Assembly (NCBI GenBank): GCA_003213515.1
Contig: QCMV01000002.1
Coordinates: 57,740-121,739 of the forward strand
Direction: 5' to 3'
DNA: 64,000 nucleotides
Source of the DNA: Pelagibacteraceae bacterium AG-422-N09
Lineage (GTDB): Bacteria; Pseudomonadota; Alphaproteobacteria; Pelagibacterales; AG-422-B15
Shown: in pieces, positions 46,616 through 56,222 of the stretch
How the letters are laid out: every line of letters begins with the position of its first letter
Numbering within the stretch: position 1 is the stretch's first letter
The notes under the pieces: generated by a model
Told to the model about the DNA's origin: nothing
The model's input: the letters and a program-made list of their open reading frames with translations, nothing else
Database searches by the model: none
Program-made: the position numbers and the translations under genes

Positions 46616-47812
46616 TTATAAAGCTCCTAAGGCAACTAAACCTGGCAATTTCTTACCTTCTATTAGCTCAAGTAGAGCTCCTCCGCCAGTAGAAACATAA
46701 GAAAATTTATCTTTAACAGCCACCATATCCAGCGCGGAAATTGTATCACCGCCCCCAGCAAAAGATCGAAGACAATTTTTATCAGTAATTTCAGCAATGA
46801 ATTTAGCTATCTCGAATGTGCCTTTATGAAATGGTTTAGTTTCAAAGACACCCACTGGTCCATTCCAAAATACTGTTTCACAATTTGAAATTTCATTCTT
46901 AATCAACTCGATAGTTTGTTTCCCAATATCTAAAATCATTTGATTATCTTTTAAAGCATCAACTGCACATTCGTTTATTTCTGTAGTTTCAGATACTTTC
47001 TCAGCTGTAACAACATCTAAAGGTAAAATTAGTTTACATTTTTGCTCATTTGCAAAATTAATAATTTCTTTTACGAGGTGATCTACATCATTTTCAATCA
47101 ATGAATTTTTTACATCATTTCCTAAATATTTAAGAAAATTATTAGCCATCCCACCAGCAATGACAATCGAGTCCATTTTTTGCAGTAGATTTTTTATAAC
47201 TGTAATTTTTGTAGAGATTTTTGAGCCACCAATGATAGTTAATGCAGGAGTTTTAGGGTTATTAACTACATCATTTAAGTTTAATATTTCTTCATGTAAT
47301 AATTCTCCACAATAAGATGGTATGAAGTTTGTGATTGCTTCAATTGAGGCGTGAGCTCTATGAGAGCATGCAAAAGCATCATTAATATAAACGTCTGCTA
47401 ATTTTGATAGCTCGGATGCAAAAAATTTATCATTTTGCTCTTCGCCTTCATGAAAACGGCAATTTTCAAGAAGAATAATTGAATCCTGGCTTAAAGAATT
47501 TATCTTTTTTTCAATCTCATCGCCTATACAATTTGAAAGAAATATTATTTTTTTTTGCAATACGTTTTCTAATGAGCTGATTATTTGATTAAGTGAAAGC
47601 TCATCATTTCTTTTTCCTTTTGGCCTTCCTAGATGAGACAGAATTACAACTTTATTATTCTTATTAAGAAGGTTTTGTATTGGATTTTTAATTCTCGTAA
47701 TCCGATCGCTTATTGTAGAGGCTTCTTTATTGAGCGGAATATTTAGGTCAAAGCGAATAAGTACAGTTTTATTTTTCTGATCAAATGTTTTTAGAGCTTT
47801 AACATTTAACAT
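46616..47812 (-). CDS. pgk: Phosphoglycerate kinase
   Basis: Motifs RFDLNIPL, SHLGRPKG and GGGDT. Confidence 0.95.
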   Translation of the reverse strand: MLNVKALKTFDQKNKTVLIRFDLNIPLNKEASTISDRITRIKNPIQNLLNKNNKVVILSHLGRPKGKRNDELSLNQIISSLENVLQKKIIFLSNCIGDEIEKKINSLSQDSIILLENCRFHEGEEQNDKFFASELSKLADVYINDAFACSHRAHASIEAITNFIPSYCGELLHEEILNLNDVVNNPKTPALTIIGGSKISTKITVIKNLLQKMDSIVIAGGMANNFLKYLGNDVKNSLIENDVDHLVKEIINFANEQKCKLILPLDVVTAEKVSETTEINECAVDALKDNQMILDIGKQTIELIKNEISNCETVFWNGPVGVFETKPFHKGTFEIAKFIAEITDKNCLRSFAGGGDTISALDMVAVKDKFSYVSTGGGALLELIEGKKLPGLVALGAL

Positions 47813-47813
47813 T

Positions 47814-48824
47814 CTATCTAGATCTTTTCATCGCAACTGCAGTATCACACATTCGATTTGAAAAGCCCCATTCATTATCATACCAACTTAAAACTCTTCC
47901 AAACTTTCCATCAATTACTTGTGTTTGAGTTAAATCAAAATTTGACGAGGCAGGATTATGATTAAAATCAGATGAAACCAATGGTTTAGAATTTACATCT
48001 AGGACTCCATTTAGCTTATTTGATTTTGCTGCAGCCGACATAGCCTTATTAATACTATCGACTGTCATTCTTTTTTTAGAAACAAATTTAAAGTCGATTA
48101 ATGAAACATTAGGTGTTGGTACTCTAATTGCAGTTCCATCTAACTTACCAGAAAGCTCAGGCATAACGAGTCCTACTGCTTTTGCAGCTCCTGTAGATGT
48201 AGGTATCATTGACAATGACGCAGCTCGAGCTCTTCTTAAGTCTGAGTGAAATGTATCCAGAACACTTTGGTCACCAGTAAAGGCATGTATAGTTGTCATA
48301 TATCCATGCACAATTTTGAATTTATCGTGTAAAACTTTTGCAACAGGAGCTAAACAATTTGTCGTGCAAGACGCATTAGATACAACGAGGTCTTCTTTTG
48401 TTATCTCATCTTCATTCACTCCATATACAATGGTTTTATCAGCATTTGTACATGGCGCTGAGACTAAAACCTTTTTTGCGCCGGCCTTAATATGCATTGC
48501 TGCCTTATCTTTTGAAGTAAATAATCCAGTGCATTCAAGAGCGACGTCAATTTTCATTCTTTTCCAAGGAAGTTTTTGAGGATCTCTCTGATTCAATACT
48601 GTAATATTTTTTCTTCCAACGATCATTTTATTGCGTTTGAAAGATACTTTTTCATTAAGAGGGCCGTGAACAGTATCATTTGCAAGTAAAAATGCGTTTG
48701 TTTCTATTGGGGCTAAATCGTTTATAGCCACGACATTAATATCTTTTCTTTTACTCTCAATGATTGATCTTAAAACCAACCTTCCAATTCTTCCAAATCC
48801 ACTTATTGCAACATTTACAGCCAT
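47814..48824 (-). CDS. gap: Glyceraldehyde-3-phosphate dehydrogenase
   Basis: Motifs GFGRIGR, SNASCTTNCLAP and WYDNEWG. Confidence 0.95.
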   Translation of the reverse strand: MAVNVAISGFGRIGRLVLRSIIESKRKDINVVAINDLAPIETNAFLLANDTVHGPLNEKVSFKRNKMIVGRKNITVLNQRDPQKLPWKRMKIDVALECTGLFTSKDKAAMHIKAGAKKVLVSAPCTNADKTIVYGVNEDEITKEDLVVSNASCTTNCLAPVAKVLHDKFKIVHGYMTTIHAFTGDQSVLDTFHSDLRRARAASLSMIPTSTGAAKAVGLVMPELSGKLDGTAIRVPTPNVSLIDFKFVSKKRMTVDSINKAMSAAAKSNKLNGVLDVNSKPLVSSDFNHNPASSNFDLTQTQVIDGKFGRVLSWYDNEWGFSNRMCDTAVAMKRSR

Positions 48825-48836
48825 ATTTAGTATCTC

Positions 48837-50834
48837 CTATATTTTCTTGCTTATTAATTTGAATATTTTTTTTGCCGTAATCCCATAAAAATCGTAGAGC
48901 TTTTGATAAGGAGCACTTGCTCCAAAATCTTTCATACCGATGTTTATTGTATTTTCAGGGCATACTTGGCTCCACCCAAAATTAGTTCCCGCCTCAATCG
49001 AGACATTAATTTCAGAGTTTCCTCTAATTATTTTTTGATACGTTTTACTTTGGATTTTAAACTGTTCCATGCACGGTACTGAAACGACTCTCACTAACTT
49101 TTTCTTTTTTTCAAGCATAGTCATTAATTGCAGTGCAATTTCGACTTCAGAGCCAGACGCGAAAATAGAAATATTGGGTTTTTTTGAATTACTTTTTAAT
49201 TCGTAAGCTCCTTGAGCACTAATATTTTTTGCATGATACTTTTTTCTTATCATCGGAAGTTTTTGCCTTGTAAGCGCAATTACACTTGGTCCCTTTGAAT
49301 TTGAAAGCGCTAATTCCCATGCTTCCGCAGTTTCAATTAAATCAGCAGGTCTAAAGACTTTAACATTTGGCGTTGCTCTTAATGATGCAAGCTGTTCAAC
49401 TGGTTGATGCGTTGGGCCATCTTCACCAAGACCGATTGAGTCATGTGTTAATATATATATAGCTCTTTGTTTCATTAAAGCTGCAAGACGAAGAGATGGT
49501 TTACAATAATCTAAAAAAATTAAAAAGGTTCCACCAAATGGAATAATTCCTTTATGGAGTGACAACCCATTCATGATAGAAGCCATACCGTGCTCTCGTA
49601 TTCCATAGTAAATATATTTGCCATTATAATTTGTAGAATTAATAACTTCCATTTTACTACCTTTGGTATTGTTAGAACCTGTCAAGTCTGCTGAGCCTCC
49701 AACCAATTCAGGTAGTGATGATGAAATTGTATTTATTACCATTTCTGATGCTTGTCGTGTGGCAACATCGAGTGGTTTCTTAATATATTTCTTCTTAAAC
49801 TGATTAAAGTTTTGAATTAATTTTAATGGAAGCTTTCCTTCGATTCTTCTTATGTAGTGAGCCTTTTTACTTTTTGGAAGTTTCTCATAATTCAATTTCC
49901 AAGACTTATATTCATCTATTGATTTTTTACTAAGATTTTTCCACTCCTCAAGTATATTTTTTGGAACTGTAAATGGTTTGTGTGGCCAATTCAGTTTAGT
50001 TCTAGTAAGTTTTACTTCATCCTCACCAAGTGGTGAACCATGAACTGATGATTTTCCTTGTTTGTTTGGAGATCCAAAACCAATTTTAGTTTTACAAGAA
50101 ATTAATGTAGGTTTCTTAGATTTTTGAGCTTTCTTAATTGACTGTATTATTTCTTTAGGTTTGTGACCATTTATTTTAATTGTATTCCATCCATAGGCTT
50201 TAAATCTTTCAGCCGTATTTTCTGAGTTTGCCAGTTTAACAGGCCCATCTATTGAAATTCCATTATCGTCAAAAAAAACAATTAATTTATTTAGTTTTAG
50301 ATGTCCTGCAAAAGATGCGACTTCATGAGAAATCCCCTCCATTAAATCTCCATCACTTGCAATAACGTAAGTGAAATGATTTACAATTTTTTCGCCAAAT
50401 TGACTTCTTAGTATTTCTTCTGCTAACGCCATTCCAACTGCATTGCCGATACCTTGTCCGAGTGGGCCAGTCGTCGTTTCTATTCCTTTAGCGTGCCCAT
50501 ACTCTGGATGACCTGCACATTTACTACCAAGCTGTCTAAATTTCTTGATCTCTTGAATAGTCATATCTTTATGACCGGTTAGATAGAGTAGTGAGTATAA
50601 AAGCATTGATCCATGACCAGCAGATAGTACGAACCTATCTCTATCATGCCACCTTGGAACATTAGGATTGTATTTTAAAAACTTCGTGAAAAGAACAGTT
50701 GCTACATCTGCCATACCCATTGGTAAACCTGGGTGACCACTTTTTGCTTTTTCAACCGCATCGATTGAAAGAAACCTTATTGCGTTAGCTAAATCATCAT
50801 GAGTAACTGCAAACTGATCTTTTTTGTTAGGCAT
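48837..50834 (-). CDS. tkt: Transketolase
   Basis: Motifs SGHPG, GHGSMLLYSLLYLTG, GPLGQGIGNAVG, DGDLMEG and THDSIGLGEDGPTHQP. Confidence 0.95.
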   Translation of the reverse strand: MPNKKDQFAVTHDDLANAIRFLSIDAVEKAKSGHPGLPMGMADVATVLFTKFLKYNPNVPRWHDRDRFVLSAGHGSMLLYSLLYLTGHKDMTIQEIKKFRQLGSKCAGHPEYGHAKGIETTTGPLGQGIGNAVGMALAEEILRSQFGEKIVNHFTYVIASDGDLMEGISHEVASFAGHLKLNKLIVFFDDNGISIDGPVKLANSENTAERFKAYGWNTIKINGHKPKEIIQSIKKAQKSKKPTLISCKTKIGFGSPNKQGKSSVHGSPLGEDEVKLTRTKLNWPHKPFTVPKNILEEWKNLSKKSIDEYKSWKLNYEKLPKSKKAHYIRRIEGKLPLKLIQNFNQFKKKYIKKPLDVATRQASEMVINTISSSLPELVGGSADLTGSNNTKGSKMEVINSTNYNGKYIYYGIREHGMASIMNGLSLHKGIIPFGGTFLIFLDYCKPSLRLAALMKQRAIYILTHDSIGLGEDGPTHQPVEQLASLRATPNVKVFRPADLIETAEAWELALSNSKGPSVIALTRQKLPMIRKKYHAKNISAQGAYELKSNSKKPNISIFASGSEVEIALQLMTMLEKKKKLVRVVSVPCMEQFKIQSKTYQKIIRGNSEINVSIEAGTNFGWSQVCPENTINIGMKDFGASAPYQKLYDFYGITAKKIFKLISKKI

Positions 50835-50999
50835 ATTATCAATAAATTGGATTTTGAGCTTAATATAAGCAATTATCTATAAAGAGTCTTAAATTTTAGT
50901 AAATTATTAACAAAAAAATAATCTGTCTATTTGCAATATTATAAGTTGACTGAGAACAAAAAAGACAGTTAAACTCGATTAAAGTTTCAAGGGGTTTTA

Positions 51000-51263
51000 A
51001 TGTCGAGTTATCAAGATTCAAAAGTTAAATTTAATGGTGCAATTGATAAACTTAGTGAGGAAATAGACAAATTAACAAAAAAAGCTCAAAGAGCTACAGA
51101 ATTGGAAGCGCAAAATCAAAAATTACAAGAAAATAACTCTCATCTAGAAAATGAAATTAAGATTCTTAAGTCAGATTTTATGGAACTTAAAAATATTGCA
51201 GGCAATATTTCTTCTCAACTCGATGAAAACATTTATACCATAAAAGATATATTAGACTCTTAA
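51000..51263 (+). CDS. Small coiled-coil protein upstream of zapA (ZapB/DUF4164-like by position)
   Basis: 87 aa with heptad-like Leu/Glu/Lys/Gln composition (ELEAQNQKLQENNSHLENEIKILK). It ends 3 nt before zapA. Confidence 0.5.
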   Translation: MSSYQDSKVKFNGAIDKLSEEIDKLTKKAQRATELEAQNQKLQENNSHLENEIKILKSDFMELKNIAGNISSQLDENIYTIKDILDS

Positions 51264-51266
51264 GCA

Positions 51267-51629
51267 ATGCCTGAAATAATTGTAAATATTAATGATCAAG
51301 ATTACGCAATTGTCTGCGATCCGGGTGAAGAAAACCATCTTAAACATTTAAGCTCAAAAATTGACTATAAAGTGAGAGAATTAACTAAGAGATTTGGAAA
51401 AATTGGAGAAACTAGATTAATGGTAATGGCTTCACTGTTAATAGCAGATGAAATTCATGAGCTAAATAAAAAACTAGAAACAAATATTGAAAAAATAAAT
51501 TCCCTTGAAGCAAACATTGGTTCAAAAGATAAAGAATTGACTGACCAGAAAAAAGAGAGTCAGGAATATATAGACATTAGCAACGATAGATTAACAGATT
51601 TATTATCACGCTTGACTCTTGTAAACTAA
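51267..51629 (+). CDS. zapA: Cell division protein ZapA
   Basis: The N-terminal pattern is IVNINDQDYAIVCDPGEENHLKHL, followed by a coiled-coil tail. It sits upstream of the MTHFS gene, as in many proteobacteria. Confidence 0.75.
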   Translation: MPEIIVNINDQDYAIVCDPGEENHLKHLSSKIDYKVRELTKRFGKIGETRLMVMASLLIADEIHELNKKLETNIEKINSLEANIGSKDKELTDQKKESQEYIDISNDRLTDLLSRLTLVN

Positions 51630-51656
51630 TTTTAAAAATTAGATTTCATTTTATAC

Positions 51657-52232
51657 ATGATGAAAAGTGTGCAACTGAGAGAAAAAGAAGCATTAAGAAA
51701 GTTTTTAATCAATCGACGCTCAGAACTTGGTCCATCAATAGATTTTCAGAGTAATATACTTAATAACATTAAGCCCCTCATAGAAGAAATAGAAAATGAA
51801 TATATTGGAACTTATATAAGTTTCAGAGATGAATTAGATACAAAAAAATTAAACCAAAATTTACTTGAAAGAGAACTTAATTTAGCTTTACCAGCCATAG
51901 ATTTTCAGACTAAAGAAATTAATTTCTTCACATATCATAAAAACACTGAACTAATAGAAAATAAATTTTCTATTTTAGAACCTAAGAATAAAGATAAAGT
52001 TATCTTTCCAAAAATTATTTTAATACCATTATTAGGTTATTCCAAAAGTGGCTTTAGGCTGGGGTACGGGGGTGGATATTATGATAAGTATTTATCAAAA
52101 AATGGTATTGGTGATGTAAAAAAAATAGGAATAGCATTTTCATTTCAAGAAGTAGAAGAAATTCCTGTCGAAGATCATGATGAAAGACTTGATTGGATTT
52201 TAACTGAAAAACATTTATATAAAGTTAAATGA
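51657..52232 (+). CDS. 5-formyltetrahydrofolate cyclo-ligase (MTHFS)
   Basis: Motifs LLGYSKSGFRLGYGGGYYDKYL and HDERLDWILTE. Confidence 0.85.
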   Translation: MMKSVQLREKEALRKFLINRRSELGPSIDFQSNILNNIKPLIEEIENEYIGTYISFRDELDTKKLNQNLLERELNLALPAIDFQTKEINFFTYHKNTELIENKFSILEPKNKDKVIFPKIILIPLLGYSKSGFRLGYGGGYYDKYLSKNGIGDVKKIGIAFSFQEVEEIPVEDHDERLDWILTEKHLYKVK

Positions 52233-53029
52233 GAATTCTATTTTTAGGCGATGTAATGGGTCGATCTGGAAGACATGCTTTGAGAGATCATCTACCAGAT
52301 GCCATTAAAAATAATAATATAGATTTTGTTATTGCTAATGGGGAAAATTCTGCTGGTGGCTTTGGTATTACAGAGCCAATATGCAACGAATTATATTCTT
52401 ATGGAGTTAATGTAATCACAACTGGAAATCATTTGTGGGATCAAAAAGAGATAAATAGTTATATCGATAAAGATGATAAACTTTTAAAGCCTTATAATTT
52501 TGCTGAAGGCTCCCCAGGTTTAGGTGTAAATACTTATATGCATGAGAATGGTCAAAAAATTGCGGTAATAAATTTAATGGGCAATCTATTTATGAGATCG
52601 TGTGATAATGCATTTTTTAAAATTGAAGAAGTACTTAAAAATTTAAAAACTGAAGATCTATCATTTATATTTGTCGATTTTCACGCTGAAGCTACAAGTG
52701 AAAAAATGGCAATGGGACACCATCTTGACGGAAGAGTAACAGCAGTTGTTGGAACTCATACTCACGTTCCAACAGCAGATGCAACAATTATGGAACATGG
52801 AACAGCTTTTCAAACTGACGCTGGAATGTGTGGCGACTATGACTCAGTTATTGGCACAAAAAAAGAGGAGTTTGTCAGAAAATTTGCTACACAAGACACT
52901 GAGCGAAAAAGGGTACCTCCTGCTGATGGCGAAGGAACATTATGTGGGGTTATTATAGAGTCAAACACTGAAAACTACTTAGCAAAAAGCATTCGTTCAA
53001 TCCGTGTTGGTGGAAAAATCGGTAATTAA
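52229..53029 (+). CDS. YmdB-family metallophosphoesterase
   Basis: Motifs MRILFLGDVMGRSGR, ANGENSAGGFGIT, DFHAEATSEK and GTHTHVPTAD. Confidence 0.85.
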   Translation: MRILFLGDVMGRSGRHALRDHLPDAIKNNNIDFVIANGENSAGGFGITEPICNELYSYGVNVITTGNHLWDQKEINSYIDKDDKLLKPYNFAEGSPGLGVNTYMHENGQKIAVINLMGNLFMRSCDNAFFKIEEVLKNLKTEDLSFIFVDFHAEATSEKMAMGHHLDGRVTAVVGTHTHVPTADATIMEHGTAFQTDAGMCGDYDSVIGTKKEEFVRKFATQDTERKRVPPADGEGTLCGVIIESNTENYLAKSIRSIRVGGKIGN

Positions 53030-53773
53030 ATGGCAGGCCACTCTAAGTTTAAAAACATTATGTACCGCAAAGGTGCACAAGACAAAAAGAGAGCTAGTTT
53101 ATTTTCTAAACTTTCAAAGGAAATTACGGTAGCAGCTAAGTTAGGTGCGCCTGATCCTGATCAAAACGCAAGATTAAGATCGGCTATACAATTAGCAAAA
53201 GCCTCAAGTTTCCCTAAGGAAAATATTGATAGAGCCATAAAAAAATCTTTGGATAAAGATACTGTTAACTATGATCAAATGAGGTACGAAGGATTTGGTC
53301 CAAACGGAACGTCGATAATTGTCGAGGCACTGACGGATAATCGAAATAGAACAGCCTCAAATGTAAGATCTACATTTCAAAAATTTGGAGGTTCAATGGG
53401 CGAAACAGGTTCAGTCTCCCATGCATTTAATCATTATGGTTTTGTGCGTTACAACAAAGACGTGACAAGTGAAGAAGATTTTTTCAACTTTTCAATTGAG
53501 GGTGGAGCTGAAGATTGTTTTATCGAAGAAGATACTTATGAAGCAGTATCCACGCCAGAAACTCTATCAAATTTATATAATTATTTAGATAAAAAATTTG
53601 GTGAACCTGTATCATCAGGTTTCCAATGGAAACCTGTTACGTATGTAGCAATAGAGGGAGATAAACTTAAATCCCTTATTAACATGCTCAATGAACTTGA
53701 TAATGACGAGGATGTTCAACAAGTCTTTTCAAATTTTGAGGCATCAGACGAAGAATTAGCAAAGTTTGCTTAA
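53030..53773 (+). CDS. yebC: YebC/PmpR-family transcriptional regulator
   Basis: Motifs MAGHSKFKNIMYRKGAQDKKR and YEGFGPNG. Confidence 0.95.
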   Translation: MAGHSKFKNIMYRKGAQDKKRASLFSKLSKEITVAAKLGAPDPDQNARLRSAIQLAKASSFPKENIDRAIKKSLDKDTVNYDQMRYEGFGPNGTSIIVEALTDNRNRTASNVRSTFQKFGGSMGETGSVSHAFNHYGFVRYNKDVTSEEDFFNFSIEGGAEDCFIEEDTYEAVSTPETLSNLYNYLDKKFGEPVSSGFQWKPVTYVAIEGDKLKSLINMLNELDNDEDVQQVFSNFEASDEELAKFA

Positions 53774-53840
53774 TTTATTCACTTTCAAAAAAAAATTATA
53801 TGAATTAATCTTAAATTATTAAGTAATTCTGATTCGCTTT

Positions 53841-54221
53841 ATGCCAGGTAGTTCTCCAAAAAGAAAAGGTGATGGATACGAGAGAGAGCTTGCGAAGTAC
53901 TTTAATGAAAAGATTTTTAATGGAGAAGATAAAGTTCAACGTATGCCTTTGTCAGGTGGTGGTGCTATCAAATCTTCTGGAGGAAGTGATTTAAAAAATA
54001 CTCCTCATATATACGTCGAAGCTAAAAGAACTGAAAAGTTCAAAATTCATGAGTCAATGAGACAAGTATGCGAAAATATTGAAACATCTAAATCAGACTC
54101 AATGCCGGTTGTCATAACGAGAAGAAATCGAGAGGCAACAGGGGACTCACTTTGTGTTTTGAAACTTGACGATTTTATAGAACTTTATCGAATATTAATT
54201 AATAGTAAAAAAGGACTTTAG
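53841..54221 (+). CDS. PD-(D/E)XK nuclease resembling archaeal Holliday-junction resolvase Hjc
   Basis: The 126-aa protein carries KGDGYERELAKYF ... RMPLSGG ... GSDL ... IYVEAKRTEK. This has the same order and spacing as the Hjc pattern KGxxxEREL...RxxxSG...D(L/I)...(I/V)E(V/A)K. Confidence 0.55.
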   Translation: MPGSSPKRKGDGYERELAKYFNEKIFNGEDKVQRMPLSGGGAIKSSGGSDLKNTPHIYVEAKRTEKFKIHESMRQVCENIETSKSDSMPVVITRRNREATGDSLCVLKLDDFIELYRILINSKKGL

Positions 54222-54265
54222 GATTTGCCCTAATTAAGACAATATTTAATAATAATTGAAAAATT

Positions 54266-54970
54266 ATGGAAAACGAAGATTTAGTAAGTGTTAGCCAAGT
54301 AAATGATGAGTTCACATTAATTTCACTTTTTTTTAGAGCGGATATTGTCGTAAAGTTAGTGATTCTAATTCTATTTGCTTCTTCTATTTTCTCATGGACT
54401 ATAATAATTCATAAAATTCGTTTATTTCGTTCTTTAAAAGAAATCAGTAAGCAATTCGAGGAGGAATTTTGGTCGGGAAGATCAATAAAAGAAATCACTA
54501 GTAGTACGAGAGAATTACCAGAAAGTCCAATTAAGTATGTTTTCAATGAAGCTGTTGACGAGATTGAAAAGTCTAATCAGGAAACTACAAAAAAAATAGA
54601 TAGTTTAGTTGATAGATTAAATCGTGTTATGGAGGCAGCAATAGATTTTCAAAATGAGAAGCTATCTGAATACTTTAGTTATTTAGCAACAATAGGCGCT
54701 ACGACTCCATTTATTGGATTATTTGGAACGGTCTGGGGTATAATGAATTCTTTTCAATCTATTGCCATTTCAAGAAATACCTCCCTTGCAGTAGTTGCTC
54801 CTGGAATAGCTGAAGCATTATTTGCAACTGCTCTTGGTTTATTAGCAGCAATACCTGCTGTTATTGCTTACAATATATTTACTAGTCAGGTGAATGATGA
54901 AAATGCACGAATGTATCGATTTAAAGAACATTTTAATGTTATTTTCTCAAGAGGCTTGAGTACGAAATAG
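54266..54970 (+). CDS. tolQ: Tol-Pal system protein TolQ
   Basis: MotA/TolQ/ExbB channel: ATIGATTPFIGLFGTVWGIMNSF, VAPGIAEALFATALGLLAAIPAVIAYN. Confidence 0.9.
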   Translation: MENEDLVSVSQVNDEFTLISLFFRADIVVKLVILILFASSIFSWTIIIHKIRLFRSLKEISKQFEEEFWSGRSIKEITSSTRELPESPIKYVFNEAVDEIEKSNQETTKKIDSLVDRLNRVMEAAIDFQNEKLSEYFSYLATIGATTPFIGLFGTVWGIMNSFQSIAISRNTSLAVVAPGIAEALFATALGLLAAIPAVIAYNIFTSQVNDENARMYRFKEHFNVIFSRGLSTK

Positions 54971-54982
54971 AAATTTTAAATT

Positions 54983-55387
54983 GTGACACGTAACACTAGA
55001 TCAAAACCATTCAGTGAAATCAACGTAACACCTTTCGTTGATGTAATGCTGGTTTTATTAATCATTTTTATGGTAACCGCTCCTTTGTTAACAGTGGGAG
55101 TTCAGGTTGACTTACCTGAAACAAACGCAGATACTTTACAATCTGACAATGAACCGCTTGAAGTAACAATTGATGCAAGCGGCAATATATTCATTCAAGA
55201 GACAGAGATAGGCATTTCTGAACTGGTTCCAAAAATGAAAGCTATAACAGAAAATAGACTTGATACAAAAATATATGTTAGAGGAGATGAAGCAATTGAT
55301 TATGGACAGATAATGATGGTTTTAGGAGAGCTATCTGGTTCTGGTTTTACAAAGGTTGCTTTGATTACTAAGCCATTAAGTAAATAA
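54983..55387 (+). CDS. tolR: Tol-Pal system protein TolR
   Basis: ExbD/TolR: EINVTPFVDVMLVLLIIFMV. GTG start. Confidence 0.9.
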   Translation: MTRNTRSKPFSEINVTPFVDVMLVLLIIFMVTAPLLTVGVQVDLPETNADTLQSDNEPLEVTIDASGNIFIQETEIGISELVPKMKAITENRLDTKIYVRGDEAIDYGQIMMVLGELSGSGFTKVALITKPLSK

Positions 55388-55403
55388 TTAATGCGATTTA
55401 TAT

Positions 55404-56216
55404 ATGAGAGTTTCTGTTTTAGGGTCAATATTTCTACACGTTTTTATACTTTTATTTACGGTCTTATCTTTGCCATTATTTAATAATAATGATTTGGAAA
55501 TGCCACCGGTTATACAAGTTGAATTAATAGAAATCGCAGAAAAAACAAATGTCCCACAAATTAGTAAAAAAATCGAAGAGCAAAAAGAACCAATTGAAAA
55601 AAAGAAGGAAGAAACAAAATTAAACCAGCCAATTAATAAACCCAAAGATGAAAAATCCAACGAAAAAGTAAAAAATCCAAGCGATGAGGAAAAAATTGAA
55701 AAGACAAAATTAGAAGAAAAAATGATACAAAACATGCCTGTACGAAAACCTGAAGTTAAGAAAAAAGACAAATTCGATCCTCTTAAATTAGCCGAGTTAA
55801 TCGATAAACAAAAAGATACAAAAATGAATAATCCAGAAGAAATTATAGAAAAAGATTATGAAGCATTAGACTCAACACCTAGTCTCGATAAACGACTTAC
55901 TTTATCTGAGGAGGATGCTATCAGAGCTCAATTTATGCAATGCTGGAGTATACCTCTTGGAATTCCATATGATGATACAATGATTGTTAAAATTAAAATT
56001 TACTTAAATACAGATGGTTCTTTGCTTAAACCACCGGAGGTTGTTCAGCACGAAAGGATGAATAAGCCTAGTGAAAAGTATTTTAGAACTCTTGCTGAAA
56101 GTGCCCTTAGAGCAGTAAGACGTTGTGATCCAATAAAAGTTCCAGATGTTGAAAGATATGATAATTGGAAAAATTTACAGTTGAATTTTGATCCTAGAGA
56201 GATACTAAGAGGATAA
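55404..56216 (+). CDS. tolA: TolA-like protein
   Basis: It has an N-terminal anchor helix, a long Lys/Glu/Pro-rich spacer and a globular C-terminal domain. It lies between tolR and tolB. Confidence 0.7.
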   Translation: MRVSVLGSIFLHVFILLFTVLSLPLFNNNDLEMPPVIQVELIEIAEKTNVPQISKKIEEQKEPIEKKKEETKLNQPINKPKDEKSNEKVKNPSDEEKIEKTKLEEKMIQNMPVRKPEVKKKDKFDPLKLAELIDKQKDTKMNNPEEIIEKDYEALDSTPSLDKRLTLSEEDAIRAQFMQCWSIPLGIPYDDTMIVKIKIYLNTDGSLLKPPEVVQHERMNKPSEKYFRTLAESALRAVRRCDPIKVPDVERYDNWKNLQLNFDPREILRG

Positions 56217-56222
56217 TTTATT

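Noticed and set aside
50835-50999. The strand-switch point (minus-strand block 39.5-50.8 kb, then plus-strand block 51-64 kb) was considered as a possible replication origin.
   Set aside because: I saw no convincing DnaA boxes (TTATCCACA-like). TTAA-N7-TTAA-like strings are expected by chance in DNA this AT-rich. None of the usual origin-linked genes is nearby. A simple divergent promoter region explains it.
51630-51656. A 6S RNA (ssrS) was expected between zapA and the 5-formyl-THF cyclo-ligase gene, as in E. coli and many proteobacteria.
   Set aside because: The intergenic gap is only 27 nt, far too short for a 6S RNA. I also inspected the 165-nt tkt/zapB-like divergent region (50835-50999) for the long end-to-end complementarity of 6S RNA and found only scattered matches.
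55388-55771. A 127-aa minus-strand ORF rich in Phe/Ser, overlapping tolA.
   Set aside because: It is the antisense reading of the Lys/Glu-rich (AAA/GAA) spacer of TolA, which yields TTT/TTC/TCT codons and avoids stops. It is a composition artefact.
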